NCBI GenBank assembly: GCA_041746255.1
Contig: JBGTHM010000127.1
Span: forward strand, 1-36,612
Source of the DNA: Fibrobacteria bacterium
GTDB taxonomy: Bacteria > Fibrobacterota > Fibrobacteria > UBA11236
DNA length: 36,612 bases
Reading direction: 5' to 3'
Part shown: piece by piece, positions 1 to 8,145 of the stretch
How positions within the stretch are numbered: position 1 is the stretch's first letter
Layout of the letters: every line of letters starts with the position of its first letter
Made by a program: the position numbers and the translations under genes
The notes under the pieces: model-generated
Database searches by the model: none
Told to the model about the DNA's origin: nothing
The model's input: the letters and a program-made list of their open reading frames with translations, nothing else

Positions 1-84
1 GGGTTGAATTCCAGGTGGCTTGATGCCGCCATTCGATGGGGGATGGGTAACCTGAAACCATTGATTCCGAAGAGCCGTATGTGA
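1..84 (+). CDS. Possible C-terminal tail of the intron-encoded RT/maturase (partial)
   Basis: Frame 1 is open from the window edge (GLNSRWLDAAIRWGMGNLKPLIPKSRM*) and stops inside DV; the other two frames stop earlier. The position fits an IEP lacking an endonuclease domain, but no diagnostic motif is visible. Confidence 0.4.
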   Translation, partial: GLNSRWLDAAIRWGMGNLKPLIPKSRM

Positions 85-141
85 ACAGCACTTGTACGGT
101 TCTGTGAGAGGTGGCCTCGGTGACGGGGCCGCCTACTCGAC
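1..141 (+). mobile_element. Group II intron, 3' end (domain IV tail, DV, DVI); 5' part lies outside the window
   Basis: DV at 72-102 GAGCCGTAT-GTG-AACAG-CAC-TT-GTACGGTTC has an AGC triad, a 2-nt bulge and a shortened upper stem (IIC-like length). DVI at 106-138 GAGAGGTGGCCTCG-GTGA-CGGGGCCGCCT-A-CTC has bulged A135 seven nt from the AC terminus at 140-141. Confidence 0.92.
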
Positions 142-185
142 GGGTGCTACAACCCCCGAAGCACGCACCAGCAGCATGCCGTGAG

Positions 186-262
186 TCACAACCTGAGGGC
201 CAGCAAACAAATTGCGACCGTTAGGGAGCGATTTGCTTTTGCGCCATCCTGAAGGTTAGTGA
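186..262 (-). other. attC-like imperfect palindrome (integron cassette recombination site, possibly degenerate)
   Basis: Minus strand CACTAAC-CTTCA...CAAATCGC-TCCCTAACGGTC-GCAATTTG...GCTGGCC-CTCAG-GTTGTGA: AAC/GTT core triplets at both ends of a 77-bp hairpin, downstream of and co-oriented with the ATPase gene. R boxes deviate from RYYYAAC/GTTRRRY and the left L box is poor. Confidence 0.5.
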
Positions 263-341
263 GAACGGCCGCGCACCCTTTCCAAGCCATTTGCGAGCCC
301 GCAATGCGGAGCATGCCCACGGGCTCCAGGCTGGGAGCTGT

Positions 342-360
342 TGTGTTTAGTGGGGGTGCG
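342..360 (+). repeat. Left copy of a 19-bp inverted repeat flanking the ATPase gene
   Basis: TGTGTTTAGTGGGGGTGCG; 17/19 identical to the reverse complement of 2416-2434. Confidence 0.7.
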
Positions 361-441
361 GTCTTGTTGCCGAGCACACGACGTGCGAGGTAAGCAGAGA
401 TTCCAAAAATTTTCATTATCTTGTTTCTGTGCGCGCAATAT

Positions 442-2244
442 TCAGGTCTGTATTTTCTCCATAATTTCGGCCAGTTCAATAGGTATAAGACGGATTCTAC
501 GCAAGCTCCGGTAAAGTCTTGGAGGGGAAACAATTCCTGATCCCCCAAGGTTTGCCTGGTATAGCGGAAGTAAATCGTGTCCACGACGGTCAATCATCCA
601 TTTCGGATAATCAGCCTCCGATCCATTTGTAAATCGAACAGTTACTAACTCAGTTTCCGCTGTAGAAAGATTGGGGACTTTTGGCTCCAAAATTGTTCGA
701 ATCGAATCTACTATCAATTGCAGATTAGATCGGGTAAGTGCACGAATCCTGTGTTCGTCACCCGATGTTATTGATAGCCCATCAATGGTTGGCGCTGTAC
801 CTTGATCAAGTAGAACGCCAAAGACCACAATAGGATCTAGGAAGTAATTCTCAATACTGTAACGACCCAAAACAAAAACCCGGTTGGTAGGGTTATTTCC
901 TATATCCTTATCAACTATTCCACGAAATAGTTGATCCAAGGGAGGCTGGTCGAATTTGTCAACCCACGTTTCAACGACCGTTTTGCCTCCTGAAGTTTTC
1001 TGGGAGCCCTTTCCAATTGAAGCGGGAAGAAAAACTATGCTTGGTGCTGACTTGATCGCGCGATTGTCGCGGCTTGGTCCATAGTCAGTTAGTATATCTC
1101 TTACTGAAGAATAGAAGACTGTATCGTCCTCATCTTCAACAAATACAAATCGCGTGGAAGGAGTCACGATTACCAATCCAGAGGTAAGTAGGCCGATTGT
1201 CTCCGCTTTCGATCGAGATGGCCTAATTCTTGGACTAGTTTTGGACATCTCGAATATGGATCCATTTGGAGCAAGCGCAACTGTTGAAGGGGAATGGGTT
1301 GAGAGGATCACTCTAACCTTGTACTTGTCTACCAAAACCTCCTTTATGACACTCAAAAAATGTCGGGCCATTGAGGGATGCAAATGAGCGTCGGGCTCAT
1401 CCATCAGGAAAAGCCGAGGAAATCGCCCATGGTGCTTTGAGCTATACAGCCAGAGAACTAGCCCTAATAGACGCAACTCTCCGGAAGATAAATCCATGGC
1501 CCTTAATTCGTTTCCTGATGTTGGGTCAAGTAGTCGCAAATCATAATTATCAAGCATTCCAGATAACATTGGGGACTTAACCCGATACGGAAATTCAGCG
1601 GCCTGAAATATTTCGTTAAGGACCTCCCATGGAGGCGGTCCTAATTTTACCACGGTATCATCCTTTGAAACACCGCGCTCTAATTCTTCAGCTACTCGAA
1701 TTCTATACGCAATAAACACATGAGTGAGTCCTTCTGTGACATTGGCCTCCTCAAGCATAAATGCAAAATCATCAGGAATGCGCTGAGCAAATGTTTCTTG
1801 ATTAAGTGAGTTTAGCTTCACCCCAAGGATGCTTTCCAGTCGTGCTCTTCTGCTTAGAAGTGAAAAATTACCCCGAATTTGGTGGTCCTGCAGTTGCTCA
1901 AAGAGGTTTCGTTTTACTTCTCGCATGTCTGCTATACCAAGTGCTTGAGATCCGGAAATTGTCCACTGATAAGGAAGGTATGCTAGTGAATCCGGTCCAA
2001 ACGTATCACCAGATACTTTTACATTCACTGCACTTAAATCCCCATTTTGGGGATGCACTGCATTCGTCAGGCGATAGGCCAGCAACTCAAGCAACTGTGT
2101 TTTCCCAGATCCGTTTAGTCCTGTCAGCACTACAAATGGGGGGATATCGTCCCAAACTAAGTTGTCTATAGACTTGTACTTAGCTGACCCAGGACCGCCG
2201 ATTTCTATTTTTAAGTAGCCTAAAGGCTTTTCTAGTTCCGTCAT
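442..2244 (-). CDS. ABC-type (AAA_21-like) ATPase fused to a TOPRIM-like (OLD/DUF4435-type) domain; candidate defence nuclease
   Basis: Walker A GLNGSGKT, signature LSSGE, Walker B LFLMDEPDAHLHP, H-loop STHSP; TOPRIM-like FVFVEDEDD and GIVDKD, plus YSIENYF. Start set at ATG 2244 after a GGGGAG RBS (ORF is open from 2262). Visibly AT-richer than the core genes. Confidence 0.85.
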   Translation of the reverse strand: MTELEKPLGYLKIEIGGPGSAKYKSIDNLVWDDIPPFVVLTGLNGSGKTQLLELLAYRLTNAVHPQNGDLSAVNVKVSGDTFGPDSLAYLPYQWTISGSQALGIADMREVKRNLFEQLQDHQIRGNFSLLSRRARLESILGVKLNSLNQETFAQRIPDDFAFMLEEANVTEGLTHVFIAYRIRVAEELERGVSKDDTVVKLGPPPWEVLNEIFQAAEFPYRVKSPMLSGMLDNYDLRLLDPTSGNELRAMDLSSGELRLLGLVLWLYSSKHHGRFPRLFLMDEPDAHLHPSMARHFLSVIKEVLVDKYKVRVILSTHSPSTVALAPNGSIFEMSKTSPRIRPSRSKAETIGLLTSGLVIVTPSTRFVFVEDEDDTVFYSSVRDILTDYGPSRDNRAIKSAPSIVFLPASIGKGSQKTSGGKTVVETWVDKFDQPPLDQLFRGIVDKDIGNNPTNRVFVLGRYSIENYFLDPIVVFGVLLDQGTAPTIDGLSITSGDEHRIRALTRSNLQLIVDSIRTILEPKVPNLSTAETELVTVRFTNGSEADYPKWMIDRRGHDLLPLYQANLGGSGIVSPPRLYRSLRRIRLIPIELAEIMEKIQT

Positions 2245-2353
2245 AAAACTCCCCATTGGCACTTATAGGTTCGCCGAATGGTTCAAAACCTACGAAAATT
2301 GATTTGGCTTTCAATGCTCTTTTCTATTGCGCGCTGTTTTTTATCGAAAGGTT

Positions 2354-2380
2354 CCGCAGCACAGGACGTGCTGCGGTTTT
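2354..2380 (+). other. Perfect 9-bp hairpin with short T tract (terminator-like or protein-binding palindrome)
   Basis: CCGCAGCAC-AGGAC-GTGCTGCGG-TTTT; its core AGCACAGGACGTGC recurs 13/14 at 373-386. Confidence 0.5.
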
Positions 2381-2415
2381 AGTCTTGGGTAGGTGAGCGA
2401 GAGCGAGCCGGTTTT

Positions 2416-2434
2416 CGCACCCCCATTGAACACA
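2416..2434 (-). repeat. Right copy of the 19-bp inverted repeat
   Basis: Minus strand TGTGTTCAATGGGGGTGCG. Confidence 0.7.
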
Positions 2435-2557
2435 CCTCATTCGATCGCGAACAAAAGTGTATAAAATCACATCAAAGGCCCATTCATTTTCACTACAAGT
2501 CTTTCTAGAAACCCTTTTAATAACCGGAAAGGGCTGCTTTTCCCTCTAGTGTAACCC

Positions 2558-3379
2558 CTAAACCACCCCTGCCCCAACCGCCGCCATACCGGCCAACATT
2601 ACCCACTTCATCCACCGCTGCGCCCCTCCCCATACCGGGTCCCTGCGGGCCACCATCGACCCGACCATTCCCAGGGTAGGCAATACGGCTATCACAACCA
2701 CCACTCCATAGGCCATGCCGTTCGGAAACACCCAAAATCCCCACGGCAGCAACACCAACGTCGCCAACAGAAATCCCCACAACCACCGCTTCGCTATCCC
2801 AACCCCGTACCGGATAGGCAACGTCTCCATCCCCGCCGCTTCATCCCCGGGAATATCCTCGATATCTTTGATTATTTCCCTCGCCATGGTCGTCACGAAA
2901 GCAAACAAAGACGGAAGCAACGTATAGTAGGGCCATCCCGGATATTCCGCAAAATATAACGAGAAAGCACAAAGCAATGCCACGGCAAGATTTCCGGCCA
3001 GCGGCATCCCCTTCAAAGTCTTATTATAAGCCCCCAACAGAAAAGCCATCCCCACCACCAAAATCCCATGCGCCAAACTGATGCCGAGCCCCAAACTCAC
3101 GCTCGCCACATACAGTAGAATCGACAAGCCCCGCGCCGCTTCCGGAGAAATCACTCCCGCGGCAATAGCCCGATCCGGACGGTTCACCGCGTCCGTATCG
3201 CGGTCGTAAAAATCGTTCTGCACATTGCCCGCCATGGCAAGCACCGCCAGCGACAGCACTCCCAGGATCAGATTGCCCACGTCTATCGGTTCAAGCAGGC
3301 ACAAATGCCCCAAGGCCACACCGGCTCCGGCAATGACGGCATTGGGAAAACGCAACAGGGAAAATAACGGGTTTTGCAT
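2558..3379 (-). CDS. UbiA-family prenyltransferase, DGGGP-synthase-like
   Basis: Multiple TM helices; Asp-rich motifs NDFYDRDTDAVNRPDR and REIIKDIEDIPGD. Confidence 0.88.
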   Translation of the reverse strand: MQNPLFSLLRFPNAVIAGAGVALGHLCLLEPIDVGNLILGVLSLAVLAMAGNVQNDFYDRDTDAVNRPDRAIAAGVISPEAARGLSILLYVASVSLGLGISLAHGILVVGMAFLLGAYNKTLKGMPLAGNLAVALLCAFSLYFAEYPGWPYYTLLPSLFAFVTTMAREIIKDIEDIPGDEAAGMETLPIRYGVGIAKRWLWGFLLATLVLLPWGFWVFPNGMAYGVVVVIAVLPTLGMVGSMVARRDPVWGGAQRWMKWVMLAGMAAVGAGVV

Positions 3380-3489
3380 GGCCAAAAAATTAGCAACTAC
3401 TCTCCGTGGAATTGTCGGGTATATATTATGTTATCCTGGGGAAAATCCGCGTCGTCGGGATTCGCAAAAAAGGACTCATTAAAAGGCAC

Positions 3490-4413
3490 ATGGAAGAACA
3501 GGAAAAATTCGAGGGCACCCTCGTCGAAGTACAGCGCCGATCCGCCCAGGTTCGCGATTTACAAGGCGACGAACACCATTGCCAATACAGCCCCATGATC
3601 AACCTCAAAGAGTTTTCCAACTTCGCCGTGGGCGACCGAGTCCTCTTCCAGCTCGCCACGCCCCAATCGGAACCCATGATAACCGCCATCCTCCCACGGG
3701 CCAGCAAGATTTCCCGGCCCGGGCCCATGGACCGGCATGCCGAAGAATTGATACTCGCCGCCAACGTCGATTTGCTGGTCATCGTCCTTTCCACCCGCTC
3801 GCCCGATTTCAATCCCCGTTTACTCGACCGTTATCTGGTCATCGCCGAAAATGCGGGTATCCTACCCTTGATCTGCCTCAACAAAAGCGACCTTGCCAGT
3901 GAGATCCCCGAAGAGGCCGCCTATGCGACCAAACTCGGATACGGGTTGGTCCTATGTTCCGCGGCCACCCATGACGGGCTTGACGCCCTAAAAGACGCCA
4001 TGGCCGGTAAGAATGCCGTGCTCAGCGGACCTTCAGGCGTGGGTAAGTCTTCTCTTATTAGGGCATTATTACCGGGAACCGATCCGCGTGTCGGGGAGGT
4101 GCGTAAGGGTGAAGGGAAGGGCAAGCATACCACCACCTCTTCGCGCATGTACGATATACCCGGTTCGGGACGGCTTATCGATACCCCGGGCATTCGCGAG
4201 TTGGGGTTGTGGGGCGTAGACAAAGACGAGTTGCTGGGTTGTTTCCGCGATCTGGCGCCCTATTTCGGAAAATGCAAATTCCGCAATTGCCTGCACCGTT
4301 ACGAGCCCGATTGCGCCGTAAGGGCGGCCGTGGCGGATGAGTTGGTATCGGAAACGCGCTATGAATCTTACCTCAAGCTGTATGACGAATTGGTGGAAGT
4401 CGAAAAACGCTGA
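3490..4413 (+). CDS. rsgA: Ribosome small subunit-dependent GTPase A
   Basis: Circularly permuted G motifs NKSD, GPSGVGKSS, HTTT, DTPG; Zn finger CKFRNCLHRYEPDC. ATG 3490 follows AAAAGG. Confidence 0.96.
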   Translation: MEEQEKFEGTLVEVQRRSAQVRDLQGDEHHCQYSPMINLKEFSNFAVGDRVLFQLATPQSEPMITAILPRASKISRPGPMDRHAEELILAANVDLLVIVLSTRSPDFNPRLLDRYLVIAENAGILPLICLNKSDLASEIPEEAAYATKLGYGLVLCSAATHDGLDALKDAMAGKNAVLSGPSGVGKSSLIRALLPGTDPRVGEVRKGEGKGKHTTTSSRMYDIPGSGRLIDTPGIRELGLWGVDKDELLGCFRDLAPYFGKCKFRNCLHRYEPDCAVRAAVADELVSETRYESYLKLYDELVEVEKR

Positions 4414-4493
4414 AAAGCCCATTCTTTTGTTGCCGAACCCCCGCGCCCCTTAATATCTTCCCTTCGGAATCGTTTCCTTTTCGACTGGATTGA

Positions 4494-4910
4494 ATGGACC
4501 CGCTCGCACTATCCCGCATCGCCATCATCGTCACCGTGATTTTCGCGGGACTCAACCTGCATCAGCTCACCTTGTCGTATGCGTATTTCTCTGAACGCAT
4601 CGCCGAAATCAAAAAAGTGATGGATGGCGGCGAAGAATTGTCCCGCATCCGTTGGGCAAGTATCGTGCTTTACTTCGTGCTGCCGGGTATTTATCTCCTG
4701 CTGCTTTATTTCGCCCAGATAGCGCCTGTGTTACTGTTGGCGGGCGTGGCCAAATTCGCCGCCACCGCGGGCGTGGGTATTTATACCGAGCAGACCGTCT
4801 TTTACGGCAAGGGATATAACGAGAAATTGCATGCGCTGGGAAAGTTCGATAACGCGCTCAACGCGCTCTATTCCGTCGCGGTGCTTTATAGCCTGATTAG
4901 ACCGATATAG
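4494..4910 (+). CDS. Hypothetical membrane protein
   Basis: 138-aa ORF with about four hydrophobic segments filling the gap between rsgA and the HD gene. Confidence 0.7.
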   Translation: MDPLALSRIAIIVTVIFAGLNLHQLTLSYAYFSERIAEIKKVMDGGEELSRIRWASIVLYFVLPGIYLLLLYFAQIAPVLLLAGVAKFAATAGVGIYTEQTVFYGKGYNEKLHALGKFDNALNALYSVAVLYSLIRPI

Positions 4911-4970
4911 AGAGGCTTGAGGCCCACCTGGGGACGGATTTGCGCGATGCCGAACCGATAAGCTATGGGT

Positions 4971-5603
4971 TCAGGCTACGAATTCGTCGGAGAAGGTGGG
5001 TTGGGACAGGAAGTTGTCGCCCTTGGCGCGGTAATCCTTCGCGCTTTGCATGAACAGGCGGGGGAATTTGAATTCCAGATGCCTTTCCAGCATGGCGATA
5101 CCCACATCGAAAATATTTTCGAAATACTTGTTACCGAGCTTCAACTCGCGAATGGCCGTTACCACGATGTCCATCGCATCGGCCGCTTCCACGATACGCC
5201 CTTCCAAATCCTGTTTGGCCTCGAGCGCGTGTTTCACGTACAGGGTTTTCAGCCTATCCGGCAATTCCTTGAAAATTTCCTTTTCGATGAGTTCGGGGAC
5301 GATTTCGCTGAGGAGCTTGCCGAGCTTCCCTCCCTTGAAGCGATGCTTGATGGGGTGGGGGATATCGGAAAGGATGGTTTCCTCGAAATCGTGGAAAAGG
5401 GCTTTGCGTAGCACCAGTTCACTGTTGATGGCGGGGTTTTCTTCGTAATCCGCAATCATGAGAGCCATGATGGCCACGTTGTAAGAGTGCGCCGCCACGC
5501 TCTCGAATTCGTTCATGGGCAAGGTGCCGAAACGTTTGATGGACCCCATGGTTTTGAGGCGTTCGAAAAAAGCGAATAGGCGGTCGGGAGAAGCTGAGTC
5601 CAT
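4971..5603 (-). CDS. HD-domain hydrolase, YfbR-like 5'-deoxynucleotidase
   Basis: ESVAAHSY, ALFHDFEE, SDIPHPIK, EAAD motifs. Confidence 0.88.
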   Translation of the reverse strand: MDSASPDRLFAFFERLKTMGSIKRFGTLPMNEFESVAAHSYNVAIMALMIADYEENPAINSELVLRKALFHDFEETILSDIPHPIKHRFKGGKLGKLLSEIVPELIEKEIFKELPDRLKTLYVKHALEAKQDLEGRIVEAADAMDIVVTAIRELKLGNKYFENIFDVGIAMLERHLEFKFPRLFMQSAKDYRAKGDNFLSQPTFSDEFVA

Positions 5604-5622
5604 TTTATGGTGCGATGATCCC

Positions 5623-6009
5623 CTACCGTAAAACGGAGAGGATCTCGTCCTTCTTACGGTCTACCACGTAAAGGATTTCCTTGATGCGGAATTGCCGCCA
5701 CATGGCCGCATATTTCATGGCCCACTCTTCCTTTATTTTCGAGCGGTCGAGATCGCCTTTTTCACCGCGGTACCAGATCTCGTTATTGATTTCCTTGATC
5801 TGATCGGCCATTTCCGAAGGGAGATGGATGGATCCCCGCTGCTGCACCATGTTCTTTACGGCGTCGAGCAAATGTTGGTCCGAGCCGTTGGCCTTAACCA
5901 TTTCGTGGATTTCGTCACGATGGCGGGTTACGAATTCGACCAAGTGGGCGGTGATGCTGTGCAACTCGCCTTTGTGGTATCTCTCTTCAATGAGTTCGAT
6001 ATCTTCCAT
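5623..6009 (-). CDS. Hypothetical protein (weak DUF4032-like motif)
   Basis: Co-oriented between gmhB and the HD gene; EINNEIWYRGEKG...EWAMKYAAMWR; GGAAGG before ATG 6009. Confidence 0.7.
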   Translation of the reverse strand: MEDIELIEERYHKGELHSITAHLVEFVTRHRDEIHEMVKANGSDQHLLDAVKNMVQQRGSIHLPSEMADQIKEINNEIWYRGEKGDLDRSKIKEEWAMKYAAMWRQFRIKEILYVVDRKKDEILSVLR

Positions 6010-6049
6010 GCCTTCCCACCCCATGCCTGTATAATACTAGGGGCGCTCG

Positions 6050-6649
6050 CTAGTCTTGCCGCACTCGGCCCGTATCCCGGGCGAAGTCCAGCAGGGATTG
6101 AAATTCCAAATATTCCGTTACGGTGTCAACCGTTGGAACCGATGCTTGCCTGAGCCATACCCCGCGAGCTCCTGCGCGTAATCCCGCAAGGGCATCCGAT
6201 TCTTTGTCTCCAACCGCATAGCTTCGGTTCAGGTCTAAATTATACTTTTTCTGCAAATAAAGGATCATGCCCGGCTCCGGCTTTCGGCATTGGCACGACG
6301 CCCGGAAACTCTCCACCTTACCCTCCGGATGGTGTGGGCAGATGACGAACTCCTCGATATCCACGCCTTCCTCGGCAAAATACCTTCGTATCCTGTCGTT
6401 CAAGGCCAGTACCTGGTCCAAGGTGAAATAGCCACGGGCAATGCCGCTTTGATTGGAGGTGACGAAAAGCCGGTAACCCTTTTCCTGCAAAATTCTCAAT
6501 GCTTCCAATACCCCGGGAAGGGGTTCAAAATGAGCGAAATCAATCAAATACCCGACATCCCGGTGCAAAGTCCCGTCCCGATCGAGGAAAATTGCGGGAT
6601 AAATGGGGGCTTTCAACGGGGGATGCATAGGATAGGCGGTGTTCTGCAT
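6050..6649 (-). CDS. gmhB: D-glycero-D-manno-heptose-1,7-bisphosphate phosphatase (HAD IIIA)
   Basis: FLDRDGT, TSNQSGIARG, CPHHP...CQCRKPEPGM, VGDKESD. Confidence 0.9.
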   Translation of the reverse strand: MQNTAYPMHPPLKAPIYPAIFLDRDGTLHRDVGYLIDFAHFEPLPGVLEALRILQEKGYRLFVTSNQSGIARGYFTLDQVLALNDRIRRYFAEEGVDIEEFVICPHHPEGKVESFRASCQCRKPEPGMILYLQKKYNLDLNRSYAVGDKESDALAGLRAGARGVWLRQASVPTVDTVTEYLEFQSLLDFARDTGRVRQD

Positions 6650-6701
6650 GGCATGGGAAATGCCGTTGTTAAAAGGGGTCTAGGCCCTCCACACTGAAAT
6701 G

Positions 6702-6785
6702 TGCCCAAGACGAGACTTGAACTCGTACGACCTTGCGGCCAAAGGATTTTAAGTCCTCAGCGTCTACCAATTCCGCCACTCGGGC
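6702..6785 (-). tRNA. tRNA-Leu(TAA)
   Basis: GCCCGAG acceptor, TGGCGGAATTGGTAGACGC D arm, anticodon loop CT-TAA-AA, long variable arm, GTTCAAGT T loop; CCA not encoded. Confidence 0.97.
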
Positions 6786-6891
6786 CGCTCTAAGAGCGGA
6801 AAGTCCGCATAAAATTAGTTCAGGGATAAAATTCATGCAATTATTGGCCGACATACCCTTTATTTAGACGCATCGCCATTGGGTAGGCCCC

Positions 6892-8016
6892 CTAATTCCG
6901 GTAGGTTTCGTATAAATCGCAAATCGCTGCCGCTGCTTGTGACCAGGAGTGATTCTGTGAGCGCAGCAATCCCCGGCCTACGATCTCCCGGCGGAGGATG
7001 TCGTCATACAGTAGGGCTTGCAGCTTTTCCAGCCAACCTTCCACCCCATCCAGTCTTTGTAAAGCGGCGGGGTGGTCAAGAATGGTGCGCAGTGGTTCCG
7101 TATCGGTGGCTAAAACCGGACAGCCCAGACGCATGGCCTCCAGCGGAGGGATGCCGAAACCTTCGCGGGTGGAGGGAAACACCAGGCAAAGCGCTTTCTC
7201 ATAGAGGGAACGCAACAAGCCGTCGGAGGGGTCTTCCACTATGTCCATCCACTCGGGAACTCCCGATCGTTCCAATCCTAATTGAGCCGTAACCCGGCTA
7301 CGCGATCCCACGACGACCCAGTTCAAATGCACAAAGCGCGAACGGAGGTGGCAAACCACCTTGAAGGCGAAAGGGAGGTTCTTATTGGGCGTATCCCCGA
7401 TGGAGAGGAGAAAATTTTCCTTCAAAAAGGCAAGGGGTTGTACTCGATCGAGATGTTCCGATCCGAGTGTCACCACATGGATATCCTTTTCGCGCAGCTG
7501 AGGGAAGCGCGCGAGCGCATCCTGGCGAACTTGTTCGGAATCGACCACCAACTGTTGGAAACGGTCCAAACCCCAGGTCTGGACGCGGATGCGGCGGGTC
7601 CTTCGATAGAAACGATCGATGGCGGGGGCGTCGGAGTGAAACATGTGCAAGTCATGCAAGGTGGCCAAGGTGCGAGGACCGGAGGCAACCGGCGCGGAAA
7701 TTTCCGCCAAGGGTCCCAGGGCCACGAAATTATGGAAGACGTCAACCCACTTGGCGCTCAAAAGAACCGGCAATACCGTCTGATCCCAAAGCCACGTCCT
7801 TTTCCAGGACGGGGTATTGATCCCGGTGGGGATTTCGGGCATGGGGTGGGGCTTGTCACCAAAGACCAAGCACTCCAATTTATGGTCGGGACTCTCTAAA
7901 AGTCGCTCAGCCAGCGAACGGGCCATTTCCCGGGTATAACGGCCTACACCTTTCCGGGCGTACCCGCATTGCAGGGGGCGGAGATCCAGAATTACCCGCA
8001 ATTTTTTCCGAGACAT
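6892..8016 (-). CDS. Glycosyltransferase family 4 (GT-B)
   Basis: GVGRY N-terminal motif, TLHDL, FPSTREGFGIPPLEAMRLGCPV. Confidence 0.92.
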   Translation of the reverse strand: MSRKKLRVILDLRPLQCGYARKGVGRYTREMARSLAERLLESPDHKLECLVFGDKPHPMPEIPTGINTPSWKRTWLWDQTVLPVLLSAKWVDVFHNFVALGPLAEISAPVASGPRTLATLHDLHMFHSDAPAIDRFYRRTRRIRVQTWGLDRFQQLVVDSEQVRQDALARFPQLREKDIHVVTLGSEHLDRVQPLAFLKENFLLSIGDTPNKNLPFAFKVVCHLRSRFVHLNWVVVGSRSRVTAQLGLERSGVPEWMDIVEDPSDGLLRSLYEKALCLVFPSTREGFGIPPLEAMRLGCPVLATDTEPLRTILDHPAALQRLDGVEGWLEKLQALLYDDILRREIVGRGLLRSQNHSWSQAAAAICDLYETYRN

Positions 8017-8145
8017 GGTTTGACGGGGCCCTCATTGCGGCGGCATCGCCGCGGCTTGGTTCACAAACATCCCAAAGATACTTCTTCGGGCAAGATATCG
8101 TTTTTTATATAAATTAAGGGGCCCGAGCCCAGGGTTTACCTTTCC

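Noticed and set aside
324..351. Canonical dif/pdif site
   Set aside because: Only an XerD-like half is present; the XerC arm does not match. Retained only as a hypothesis in the findings.
352..394. Tn3-family terminal inverted repeat (GGGG...TAAG)
   Set aside because: The length is not 38 bp, the right end matches only 9 bp inward from the G run, and there is no 5-bp duplication or transposase.
186..593. ORFs 186..593 (-) and 256..438 (-)
   Set aside because: They run through the repeat and hairpin region (the longer one also overlaps the ATPase gene) and have no recognisable motifs. The 60-aa ORF's stop does fall in the attC-like CTAAC, but that is not enough to call it.
6702..6785. tRNA-Leu as an island integration site
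   Set aside because: No duplicated tRNA 3' end or integrase was seen; the flanks are core-like genes.
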